DNA of 64,000 nt. It comes from Polyangiaceae bacterium (lineage in GTDB: Bacteria > Myxococcota_A > Polyangia > Polyangiales > Polyangiaceae). A program made the translations under genes and the position numbers. The notes under the pieces were generated by a model that was given only the letters and a program-made list of their open reading frames with translations, searched no databases and was not told where the DNA came from. Shown piece by piece: positions 1-8,153 of the stretch (position 1 is the first letter of the stretch; every line of letters begins with the position of its first letter). The stretch lies in NCBI GenBank assembly GCA_965222375.1, contig CBDCTZ010000014.1, positions 192,001 to 256,000 on the forward strand. The letters run 5' to 3'.

Positions 1-2
1 GC

Positions 3-230
3 CGCGCGCTGGCTGAGAATCGGATTTTGGGCAGCGTGGCGTTCTTGCCTGGAGAGCGTGGTGTGCGGATCGAGTTGCGCCCTGGGCGCGCGGTGGGGTG
101 GAGTGAGAAGACTTATCCGTTTCCTACGGACACGACCGCGGCGGGGGGACTCGAGCCCCTGTTGTTGCCTTGGGGTGGGGCTTCACCGCGTAGGTACGCG
201 TTTAATGGGAATATGTTTGTGGGGCCTTGA
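3..230 (+). CDS. 3' end of a hypothetical protein (partial, runs off window start)
   Basis: Frame open from position 3 (RALAENRILGSVAFLPGERG...NMFVGP) to TGA at 228-230. Confidence 0.55.
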   Translation, partial: RALAENRILGSVAFLPGERGVRIELRPGRAVGWSEKTYPFPTDTTAAGGLEPLLLPWGGASPRRYAFNGNMFVGP

Positions 231-307
231 GCCTTTGGGGGCGGGCTGACGCGCGGGGGCGATTGGGGGCGCAGGGACTACGGGCCTTGTGCGCGCTTCG
301 TGATGGG

Positions 308-468
308 GCGCGTGGGGAACTCGCTGGGGCACGCGGGGCAATTGGGGCGCACTGGGTCGCGCGGGGAACTCGCTGGGGCGAACTTGAGCGCGCGGGGAAC
401 TCGCTGGGGCGAACTTGAGCGCGTGGGGAACTCGCTGGGGCGAACTTGAGCGCGCGGGGACGAACTTG
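308..468. repeat. 31-bp G-rich tandem repeat (3 full + 2 partial copies)
   Basis: Unit GCGCGYGGGGAACTCGCTGGGGCGAACTTGA; AACTTGA recurs at 381, 412 and 443; no unique spacers. Confidence 0.9.
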
Positions 469-564
469 GGCGCGCCGGTGTGCGAGGGATTACGGGCCAG
501 GTGCGGCGCGTGACGGTGGGCTGATAGGGAAACGGGTTATTCCCACGCGGTGACCACAACGGTC

Positions 565-573
565 CCAGGGCGG
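565..573. repeat. Left copy of 9-bp target-site duplication CCAGGGCGG
   Basis: Identical 9-mer at 565-573 and 2041-2049, each abutting an IS end. Confidence 0.92.
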
Positions 574-2040
574 CTCATGATCATACACATCTCGTTGCCA
601 AGAGGTGCGGGGTGTGATCTACCGTCGAAATGCGAGCAACACAGTGGTTGGGTCAAGCGTTGTCCACCGAATTTGCCGGCGTGGAACTGGGGGATCGTCG
701 GCGCAACGAGCGCCTCGAATGGCTAGCGGACAAGTTGATGGCTGCGCCCAGCGTGGGCTTCCCTCAGGCAGTCGACACGCCGTCGGAGCTGGAGGGCGTG
801 TATCGATTTCTCCGCAACGACAAGTTCAAGCCGGAGAAAGTGCTGGAGCCGCATATATCAGCGACGGTGGAGCGAGTGCGCTCTGCAGGACTGTGCTTGG
901 TGGCTCATGACACGACGGAGGTGGCGCTAGGAGGAGCAAGCGAAAGGGCGGGCCTCGGAACGACGTCGGGCGGAGCGCAGGGCTTCTTTGCCCATGTTGC
1001 GCTAGCCATCCTTCCGGGGGAAGAGAGGCTGCCGCTTGGCGTGCTCGGCCTGAAGCGTCACGTCAGAACCAAGTACAAGGGCGGACGGGCGCGCCGGTCA
1101 GTGGATATACGCAAGGATCCAGAGCGGGAATCGCTGCGTTGGCCAGCCATGCTCGAAGCAGTCCATTCGCGCTGTCCTGACAGCGCGCTCGTCCACGTGA
1201 TGGACCGGGAGGCTGACATATATGAAGTTCTTTCCAAGGCAGACGAACTCGGGGCGAGACATGTAATCCGGTCAGCTCAGGATCGAGCCACTGACGAGGT
1301 TGGAGTCCGCCTACACGCTGCCATCGCCGACCTCAAACCTCGGATAACCAGGACGATTTCCGTTTCAAAACGGCTACTAAACGAGCGCACGCACTCCGCA
1401 AAGTCGCACCCGCCACGCAAGGCTCGAACGCTGAAGGTGGCAATCGGAGCCCGACGGAGCACGGTGCAGCGACCAACGACCTGCAAGACGGGACCATCCA
1501 GTATTGAGCTAAACGTGGTCCGAGTCTGGGAGAGGAGGCCAAAGAAGAACGAGCCACCTGTCGAATGGGTACTGCTCACCACGGAGCCAATCGACACAGC
1601 TGACGATCTCGAAGTGATCGTAGATTGCTACCGCAGCCGCTGGCTAATCGAGGAATTCTTCAAAGCACTCAAACAGGGGTGCTCCCTCGAGAAGCGCCAG
1701 CTGGAATCGTACCAGGCGCTGAGCAACGCCCTAGCCGTCTTCTTGCCCATCGCTTGGCGATTGCTCCTCATGCGCTCGCTAGGACGAGTCGCACCAGGGC
1801 AACCGGCGAAGACCATCCTGAGCGAGACACAGCTGCAATTGATAAAGCTAAAATTCCGACTGCCGGACGTCCCTGCCACAGTTGAGGAGGCGCTGTACGC
1901 GGTAGCATGCCTTGGTGGGCATCTCAGAAACAACGGTCTACCAGGTTGGCAGACTCTAGGCAGAGGCTACTTCAAGCTTCTCGACTTTGAGGTCGGCTTC
2001 CAGCTCGCTCAAGCCCTGGCGAAATGCGATCAATCATGAG
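574..2040 (+). mobile_element. IS4-family insertion sequence, IS50 (Tn5) group, apparently intact, 1467 bp
   Basis: Imperfect 19-bp terminal IRs CTCATGATCATACACATCT (574-592) and CTCATGATTGATCGCATTT (reverse complement of 2022-2040); 9-bp TSD; one transposase ORF ending inside the right end. Confidence 0.93.
630..2039 (+). CDS. IS4/IS50-type DDE transposase
   Basis: Tn5-like N-terminus (EFAGVELGDRRRNERL); catalytic motifs AHDTT and MDREAD; YREK signature YRSRWLIEEFFKALK; C-terminal LGGHL..NGLPGWQTLGRG. Confidence 0.95.
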   Translation: MRATQWLGQALSTEFAGVELGDRRRNERLEWLADKLMAAPSVGFPQAVDTPSELEGVYRFLRNDKFKPEKVLEPHISATVERVRSAGLCLVAHDTTEVALGGASERAGLGTTSGGAQGFFAHVALAILPGEERLPLGVLGLKRHVRTKYKGGRARRSVDIRKDPERESLRWPAMLEAVHSRCPDSALVHVMDREADIYEVLSKADELGARHVIRSAQDRATDEVGVRLHAAIADLKPRITRTISVSKRLLNERTHSAKSHPPRKARTLKVAIGARRSTVQRPTTCKTGPSSIELNVVRVWERRPKKNEPPVEWVLLTTEPIDTADDLEVIVDCYRSRWLIEEFFKALKQGCSLEKRQLESYQALSNALAVFLPIAWRLLLMRSLGRVAPGQPAKTILSETQLQLIKLKFRLPDVPATVEEALYAVACLGGHLRNNGLPGWQTLGRGYFKLLDFEVGFQLAQALAKCDQS

Positions 2041-2260
2041 CCAGGGCGGGTGGGCTACTTGGTCGGCACACTGCAGATTCAGTTGCTCCATTTCTGTACG
2101 GAGTCCTCCCATCGGGCGGGAACACTGTGGTCGTGCAACCGCGATGCTGAGTTGCGAACTTTGCGCCGGCGAATGGTGTCCTGCCGACTGTCAGGGCTCC
2201 GATGCGGGCGGGCCTTGGGGGGCCCGCCACGTCCGCATCTCCGCCGGGGCGCCGGCGCCG
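2041..2260 (+). repeat. Left arm of a ~220-bp imperfect inverted repeat flanking the HNH gene; its outer tip (562-573) was split off by the IS
   Basis: 562-573 joined to 2050-2260 aligns to the reverse complement of 3995-4216; blocks of 57/66, 22/22 and 62/68 identity by manual alignment. Confidence 0.9.
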
Positions 2261-2314
2261 AACTTGTCTGCGTAGTTCCTTGTCGACCGGGCGGGCCGAG
2301 CTGAGGAAACCCGG

Positions 2315-3745
2315 CTACGGAACCAGTATCGTGAGAGCCTGGCGCAGCAGGTCTACCAAGGGTTTGTCACCTTGGCTGTGACCGTCAGCCCGCCACGCCA
2401 GTGCAGCAACGGCTTTCTTCGACTCGCCACGCCGAAAGCCCATGTTCGTCAGAGCGCTGAGAAGCTTCGATTCCATCTCGGCTGAATCTACGCAGGCTTG
2501 GTCGCACACCTCGGCGTCCGACCTTCGCTGGCGAAGGTGAATTGCACCGGGCATGGAATCTCGTTCGAGCGATTCCTGGACATCCGCCCCTCCGTCGTTG
2601 GTCTGCTCAGGGCGGCTCCGCGATTCCGTGCTCGACCTTCGCTGGCGAAGGTGAATTGCACCGGGCATGAAATCTCGTTCGACTGCCTCCTCGACGGTGG
2701 CCTTTTCGTCATGGCTCTTTTCCCCGACGCGCGGCGGTTCGTCGCCTGACCTTCGCTGGCGAAGGCGAATTCTGCTCTCGATGAACTTCCGGCCGAACAC
2801 TTTCTCGGCCTCGAACAGATTGTGTGCACGGCATAGAAGTCGCCCATTTCGAGTCGTTCCTGGTCCGCCACGGGCGCGCGCGTTGCGATGATCGAGCTCC
2901 ACAAAGGCTCGCTCCTGGCAGCGCTCGCCGCTCGGCGACGTGTACGTGCACTGCTCGCCATCTCGCTCGTAGATTTCTCTGCGGGCTTGGCGGGAGAAGT
3001 CGCCGTGCTTGGTGCCGCGAGAGCGCCGCGGATGCTTCGTCTTGCCGAGCTTCTTCTTCTCCAGATCTGCCAGCACCAAGTCGAGTCCTCGCTCGATGAG
3101 CGTCGCCAAGTCCCGCCTCGGATTCGAGTGGCTCATCAAGTCGAGGGCGCGTTCGAGCTTGTCTCTCAGCGCCATGTCAGCAGAGAACTGCACGTGGAAG
3201 CGTTGTGCGGACAGCTGAGTCACGCGCGGTCTGGGCTCCTGTTGGTCGGCAGTCGCTGCAATCGGCTGCCCCGTCGCCGAAGCGGCCGCAGCAGCGCCAC
3301 CGAGCTGAGCTTGGACCGGCGATGGGCGTATCGCGTCCTCGACATCTGGCCTCGGGAACCGCGAGCGGATCAGTAGCTCGACCTCGGCTTTGCTCTTATC
3401 GCAGGCCTCTGCGAGCAGCTCGGCGTGGTTTTCCGCGTTCAGGCACTTCTGCAGCAGGCTGAGTGCAGTGACGTGGATCCGCCCGTCTCTCAGCAGGTCT
3501 AGAACCATCGGATAGCTTCGGGCAATTCGAGCCGCTGCAAGATGTCGATGGGCGCTGCCCTCGCTGAGCCGCAGCCTGCGGCAGCAGAACTCGTACATAG
3601 AGGAGCACGCTTCCCATCGCTCCAAGCGCCGTGCTTCCACTTCGCCGAGGTAGGCCACCAGCTCCACGGTGATCTTGCGCCGGGAACCAATCACGTCGGC
3701 GAGATTCGCCAAGACTTCATTGTCCGAAAGATGTTCGAGTTGCAT
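2315..3745 (-). CDS. DUF222-like / HNH endonuclease with RuvA-C-terminal-like domain
   Basis: N-terminal helical region (LSDNEVL...YLGEVEARRL..ACSSMYEFCCRRLRLSEGSAHRHLAAARIARSYP); HNH zinc motif CTY..G.RC....ELDH..ARARGG....NGRLLCRAHN; C-terminal SALTNMGFRRGESKKAV...LLRQAL; start could be 3766. Confidence 0.85.
   Translation of the reverse strand: MQLEHLSDNEVLANLADVIGSRRKITVELVAYLGEVEARRLERWEACSSMYEFCCRRLRLSEGSAHRHLAAARIARSYPMVLDLLRDGRIHVTALSLLQKCLNAENHAELLAEACDKSKAEVELLIRSRFPRPDVEDAIRPSPVQAQLGGAAAAASATGQPIAATADQQEPRPRVTQLSAQRFHVQFSADMALRDKLERALDLMSHSNPRRDLATLIERGLDLVLADLEKKKLGKTKHPRRSRGTKHGDFSRQARREIYERDGEQCTYTSPSGERCQERAFVELDHRNARARGGPGTTRNGRLLCRAHNLFEAEKVFGRKFIESRIRLRQRRSGDEPPRVGEKSHDEKATVEEAVERDFMPGAIHLRQRRSSTESRSRPEQTNDGGADVQESLERDSMPGAIHLRQRRSDAEVCDQACVDSAEMESKLLSALTNMGFRRGESKKAVAALAWRADGHSQGDKPLVDLLRQALTILVP
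2521..2775. repeat. 114-bp (38-aa) intragenic repeat, each unit carrying the near-palindrome ACCTTCGCTGGCGAAGGY
   Basis: Copies start at 2521, 2635 and 2749 (exact 114-bp period); they encode (H/R)LRQRRS on the minus strand. Confidence 0.9.
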
Positions 3746-3897
3746 GCTTACTTGCGTAACATGCACTTTTTGGGCCTCTCAGCTGACCCGCTGCGTGGCG
3801 ATCGCGACGTCAATCACCGCGCGCGTCGTCTGGTTGCCGAAACTGCGCACGTGGGGCGCACATGCGCGGCACGCTCGAACAAATCGTTGCGCCGGAG

Positions 3898-3930
3898 TTT
3901 CGTGCGCGTGTGCGCACGAAAACCTGTCAA
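3898..3930 (-). promoter_or_regulatory. Candidate promoter -35 (TTGACA) plus adjacent operator palindrome upstream of the HNH gene
   Basis: TGTCAA at 3925-3930 (TTGACA on minus); TTTCGTGCGC-GTGT-GCGCACGAAA at 3898-3921. Confidence 0.45.
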
Positions 3931-3994
3931 CAACATTCTTCGGAAAAAATGTGAAGTGCGCGACCCACACTTCGCGCTCTTTCACTGACATGCG

Positions 3995-4216
3995 CGGCGC
4001 CGGCACCCCGGCGGAGGTGCGGATGTGGCGGGCCCTCAAAGGCCCGCCCGCACCGGAGCCCTCATCAGACGAGATGACGCCAGTCGCCGGCGCGTTTTTC
4101 CGCAACTCAGCATCGCGGTTGCCCGACAAGTTGTCCCACCCGGGGTGGGCCTCCGTACAAAAATCGAGCAACTGAATCCGCATTGGGCCGAACAAGTTGC
4201 CCTCCCACCCTGGGAC
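3995..4216 (-). repeat. Right arm of the ~220-bp imperfect inverted repeat flanking the HNH gene
   Basis: Reverse complement begins GTCCCAGGGTGGGAGGGCAACTTGTTCGGC and matches the left arm GTCCCAGGGCGGGTGGGCTACTTGGTCGGC. Confidence 0.9.
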
Positions 4217-4321
4217 TTCTGTGTGTGCAGTTTGTTGTAGGTCCGCATTCCCTTGTCAGCCTCCCGTGATGCGGCGGTGGGGTGGGTTGCTTGTGATGCG
4301 GCGGTTTCAGCTGATGCCGCA

Positions 4322-4339
4322 ACCTTCGCTAGCGAAGGT
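4322..4339. repeat. Solo perfect 18-bp palindrome ACCTTCGCTAGCGAAGGT, related to the HNH intragenic palindromes
   Basis: 17/18 identical to the copies at 2521 and 2635. Confidence 0.85.
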
Positions 4340-4821
4340 GCTAGGAGCGCTTCTCCGCATGGACGCACGTCCGTGAATGTCGTCGTGCGTAGCAGGCTGA
4401 ATTCGTGGCTGTAGTAGGCGATGCCTCCGCGGAGCCACAGGTCCGTGCTCGTCCCCAGGGGCAGCGCGGCGCCGACGCGTGCGCCCAAGTACAACGTTTC
4501 TCCAAACGAATCGTTATCGGCGTAGCTGAACAATCCGCCCACGGAGATCGGCGGTGAGACGAAGTATTGAACCCCAACCGCGCGACTGGGCCTTGTCCGA
4601 GAATCGGGCCGATGAACGTGCCGATGCTGGTGGACTTTGCTGGCCTCGTCTGCCCCCTCCGCTTCGAAACGAGTATGTACGGCGCCGCCGAGGTGCTCCA
4701 GAGAGACGACTAGGGGCCGTTCGGTTCCGAAGCCGCTCGACTCTTGGGCGCTGGCTTCCAGCGGGGCCAGCGCGGCGAGGGCCAGCGCGACGGGTGCGAG
4801 GATTCGAGCGGGGCGAATCAT
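4340..4821 (-). pseudogene. Outer-membrane beta-barrel-like protein, 3'-truncated, with two compensating frameshifts
   Basis: Signal peptide MIRPARILAPVALALAALAPLEASAQ; strands GARVGAALPL and DLWLRGGIAY resemble the upstream paralog; a shifted frame at ~4575-4637 reads STSIGTFIGPILGQGPVARLG; plausible coding ends at the 4322-4339 palindrome. Confidence 0.6.
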
Positions 4822-4822
4822 C

Positions 4823-5436
4823 TCAGAACTCCCCCATCATGCCGGCGGAGAACCCGATGGCGCGGAACTCGGTGTCTTCGTCGCCTTGCTTGCCCCAAAC
4901 GTGCACGTCGACGTTGGGGCCGAAGAGAATGCTGAAGCGCGGGGCCGGCGTGATGGTGGCCAGCGCTTCTATGCTGGCAGTGAGGTTGTAGGCGTCGTCG
5001 CCGTCTGAAAAGAAGCCGAAGAAGCTCGGGCCGCCCCTGAGCCAGTAGCCCAAGCTCTTCTGTAGGGTGCCGGCGTAGCCAATGCGAGGTCCGAGTCGCA
5101 GCATGCCCACTGGGTCGTCATCGAAGAACTCATCATATAGGTGAAGCCAACCAGACTACCGAAGTTGAGGCCGCTGGCCTGCATGCTGAAGAGCCCAACG
5201 TTGCCCCAGTAGAACGGATGCATCCCGGTGCTATCCAGGGTGCTGCAGTCGTCGTCTTCGCAGAATTTCTGAGACTGAAAGCCGAAGATCCGCTCGACGC
5301 TGAGTACGAAGGAGTCTCGATTGTCGAAGCTGTCGGCGGGCACCTTGGGTTCCTCGGCGGGCTGGGCCGACAGGGCGCCGCACAGCAGGCTGCTAGCAGC
5401 TGCCATGCTCAATGCGGATGCCTGGAACCGATTCAT
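4823..5436 (-). pseudogene. Outer-membrane beta-barrel-like protein with a frameshift near 5135 (pseudogene or sequencing error)
   Basis: MNRFQASALS...LVGFTY continues in another frame as DEFFDDDPVGMLRLGPRIGYAG...GFSAGMMGEF, with terminal Phe. Confidence 0.65.
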
Positions 5437-5634
5437 GACCCTGCCCAGGTGCTGGCTGACCCAAGGGGCCTCGGGCCAAGTGTTGGCGCCCGGGGCGCAG
5501 GCCAAGGGCGCGGTCGAGAGCAGAAACCGCGGTCGTTCAGCTGGCTTGCGCCGTGAATAGTGCGGTCGCGCTCGACCGCCAGACGCGCCGCGAGCAGTGG
5601 CCCCGCGGCGCGCATTTCGGTTGAAACCAGGGAA

Positions 5635-6300
5635 CTAGCTGCTGCGACGCACTGGAATGATCTGCACGCGGCGGTCGTCGCCTTCGCCGTCGCTCTTGGT
5701 CACGACGCCTTCGAACTTGGCTAGGGCCAGGTGCACGACGCGGCGGTCCCGGGGGCTCATGGGCTCGAAGGTGATGATCTTGCCCTGCTCCATGGCCTGC
5801 TTGCCGAGGCGGCGCGCCATAGTTCCGAGCTGGTTGTCCCGACGGCTGCGGTAGCCCTCGGCGTCTACGAGCACGTGGCGCTTTTCGGTGCCCGGGCGGT
5901 TGATCACGCGATGGGTGAGGAACTGCAGGGCGGCGAGGACTTGACCCTTCTTGCCGATGACGCGGCCGGCGTCGGGGCCGGTGATCTCGATGTGGATCTC
6001 AGCCTCGTCTTCGCTCTGACGAGGGCGACGCATCTGCACGATGCAGTCCATGTCCATTTCCCGGATGACTTTGCTGACGAACTCCAAGGCCATCTTCTGG
6101 CGTTCGTCGGTGGGTTCGAAGGCCTCCACCTTGGCGCCATTGCCGCGCCGCCGTCGGCGCCGGCTTCGCTGTCGGCCGCCTTCTTCGGACGATGCTTCCG
6201 CGGCGCCGTTGTCCCCGTCGTCGCCGTCGTGCTCCGGGATGTCTCCGTCTTCGTCATCCCAGCTGTCTTCGACCTGTTGTTCCTGTTCGTTCATGGTCAT
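5635..6300 (-). CDS. jag: Jag/EloR (KhpB) KH + R3H RNA-binding protein
   Basis: KH motif GRVIGKKGQVLAALQ; R3H motif EPMSPRDRRVVHLAL; follows yidC with ATGA overlap. Confidence 0.93.
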   Translation of the reverse strand: MTMNEQEQQVEDSWDDEDGDIPEHDGDDGDNGAAEASSEEGGRQRSRRRRRRGNGAKVEAFEPTDERQKMALEFVSKVIREMDMDCIVQMRRPRQSEDEAEIHIEITGPDAGRVIGKKGQVLAALQFLTHRVINRPGTEKRHVLVDAEGYRSRRDNQLGTMARRLGKQAMEQGKIITFEPMSPRDRRVVHLALAKFEGVVTKSDGEGDDRRVQIIPVRRSS

Positions 6301-8132
6301 GCCTTCCCTTTGCCCAAGAGCGCGCGCCGACCTACGCCACTGTCGTCGTCGGTCTTCCCCTTTTTGTTTTTGGATTTTCCGCGCTTGCCCTTCGACTCGC
6401 CCTTCGGCTCGTCGGATGAAACTTTGACCTCAACGGTCTTTTTTTTCGTGTCGTTCTGCCGCCGCACATAGCGCTCGACGATCTGCTGCTGCACGATGCC
6501 CAGCACGCCGTTGGTGAACATGTACACGCCGAGCCCTGACGGCAAAAACAGCATGAACACCGTGAACATTGCCGGCATGAAGTAGAGCATCATCTTCTGC
6601 TGCGCGGCGTCTGCCTGCATCGGCATCAGCTTCTGCTGCAGGTAGGAGTTGCCTCCGATGATGAACGGCAAGATGTAATAAGGATCCGGCTCAGACAGGT
6701 CCGGGAACCACAAGAACGGGATGTTGTACAGCTCCACGGCGGTTTGCAGCGTCGTGTAGAGGGCAAACCACACCGGCATACTGGCCAGTTGAGGTAGACA
6801 GCCCTTCACTGGGTTGACGTTGTGCTTTCGCCAGAGCTCCATCTGCGCGAGCCCGCGCGCCTGGGGGTCGTCCTTGTACTTCTCGGTCATCGCGTCGAGC
6901 TCGGGCTTGAGCTCGCGCATCTTGATCATGCTCTTGATGCTCGGAACGCTGAGGGGGAACAGCAGCGTGCGTGCCACCAGGGTCAAGATGATGATGGCGA
7001 TGCCCCAGTTGGGGATCACGCTGTAGACTTTGAGCAGGAACGCCACCAGGATCTTGGCGATGGCCGAGAAGAAGCCCAGATCGATCAGCTCGGAGAGGTC
7101 TTGCTTGCCTCCGGCCGCGGCGGACAGAAGGTTCCGCTCTTTGGGGCCGGCGAAGGTCAGAACGGAATAGGTGGCCTTCTTGCCCGGCTCGAGGCTGGCG
7201 GCGGGGTAGGCCAGGCGCGCGCGATACATGGCGCCGGCGTTGGGGTCGTCGCCCTTGGACTTGAAGCGCCCCGCATCCCAGCGCTCCTCGATTTGGAGCT
7301 GGCAGGTCGGCTTGGCATCCGCCGGCGCGCTCTGGGGCACGATGGCGTTGGAAAAATAGGCGTTGGAAACCGCAGCATAAGCGCTGGGGGCCTTGTTTTC
7401 GAACCAATCCCCGGGGTTCAGATCGCCCTTGAATTCCTCGGCTTCGAAGTCTTCAGGCTCGAAGTCCTCGGGATGCAGCCGCTCGGCCTCGTTGTCGTCT
7501 TGGATGCACTCAACGTGGGTGATGTATGGGCTGACCCGGAACATCTTGCCGGCAACCTCGCCCGTGGTGCGCCAGGACGTGGTCTCGACGGTCAGAGCGT
7601 GATCCAGCTTCTTGTCGCTGATGTTCTCGACGGTTTCTTCGACGATGAGTTCGTAGGGACGATCCGTCGTGCGGATGACCCGCGTGAGTCGAGTCTTGGC
7701 GTCCTCGTAGCTCAGCTCGCAAGACTTGCCGTCGGATTTGGTCAGACGGTAGTCGACGGAGTCGAAGTCCACTTGTTGCCCATTCGAGGGCTTGACGGCC
7801 TCGTTGCGCCAATGAAAGCGAAGATGTCGACGCATCTCCACGTCCGGCGTGGTCGAAAGATCCGTGGGTTTGCCGTCGCGCTGGTACTTGGCGGTTGTCA
7901 GCTCGAAGTGACGCAGGGCTCCGCCTCGCGTAGTGACCTGTGCCCGGAAGCGGGGCCCCCAGATGTCGCAGAGGCGCTCCGTCTTGCGCGCCTTGGGGAA
8001 GACGGCGCTTTCGTTCTGCAACGGCTGGGTGCTGCTCTCTTCGTCGCTGCCGAAGAGCTTGGGCACTAGCGTAAAGCCTACGAGTGCCAGAAGGCCGATG
8101 AGCAGCCAGCGGGAGAGTCCACTACGTTCCAT
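6297..8132 (-). CDS. yidC: Membrane protein insertase YidC
   Basis: NWGIAIIILT...LLFPL, KMRELKPEL, NPVKGCLP, DLSEPDPYYILP, PSGLGVY motifs; operon context. Confidence 0.96.
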   Translation of the reverse strand: MERSGLSRWLLIGLLALVGFTLVPKLFGSDEESSTQPLQNESAVFPKARKTERLCDIWGPRFRAQVTTRGGALRHFELTTAKYQRDGKPTDLSTTPDVEMRRHLRFHWRNEAVKPSNGQQVDFDSVDYRLTKSDGKSCELSYEDAKTRLTRVIRTTDRPYELIVEETVENISDKKLDHALTVETTSWRTTGEVAGKMFRVSPYITHVECIQDDNEAERLHPEDFEPEDFEAEEFKGDLNPGDWFENKAPSAYAAVSNAYFSNAIVPQSAPADAKPTCQLQIEERWDAGRFKSKGDDPNAGAMYRARLAYPAASLEPGKKATYSVLTFAGPKERNLLSAAAGGKQDLSELIDLGFFSAIAKILVAFLLKVYSVIPNWGIAIIILTLVARTLLFPLSVPSIKSMIKMRELKPELDAMTEKYKDDPQARGLAQMELWRKHNVNPVKGCLPQLASMPVWFALYTTLQTAVELYNIPFLWFPDLSEPDPYYILPFIIGGNSYLQQKLMPMQADAAQQKMMLYFMPAMFTVFMLFLPSGLGVYMFTNGVLGIVQQQIVERYVRRQNDTKKKTVEVKVSSDEPKGESKGKRGKSKNKKGKTDDDSGVGRRALLGKGKA

Positions 8133-8153
8133 GAGGTGATTGTCGGGAAGGGC

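Noticed and set aside
308..468. Possible CRISPR array
   Set aside because: Pure tandem repeat without spacers
1987..2304. Short ORFs over the repeat arms (1987-2304, 2024-2275, 3779-4195) that resemble each other
   Set aside because: The similarity reflects the DNA repeat; indels break the frames between copies and there are no protein motifs
2521..2775. Palindromic repeats with variable intervening sequence as a mini-CRISPR
   Set aside because: The intervening sequences are homologous to each other and in frame within a gene, so this is a tandem duplication
4036..4339. C-terminal part of track ORF 4036-4821
   Set aside because: Read-through into the palindrome and repeat arm; not plausible protein sequence
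5509..5579. Imperfect inverted repeat GCGGTCGAG...CTCGACCGC downstream of jag
   Set aside because: Single occurrence; most simply a terminator or stability hairpin, with no further support
5731..8069. Long antisense ORFs (e.g. 5731-6471, 6822-8069; also 26516-27664, 46341-47978, 52508-53824)
   Set aside because: Shadow frames of real genes caused by high-GC codon bias
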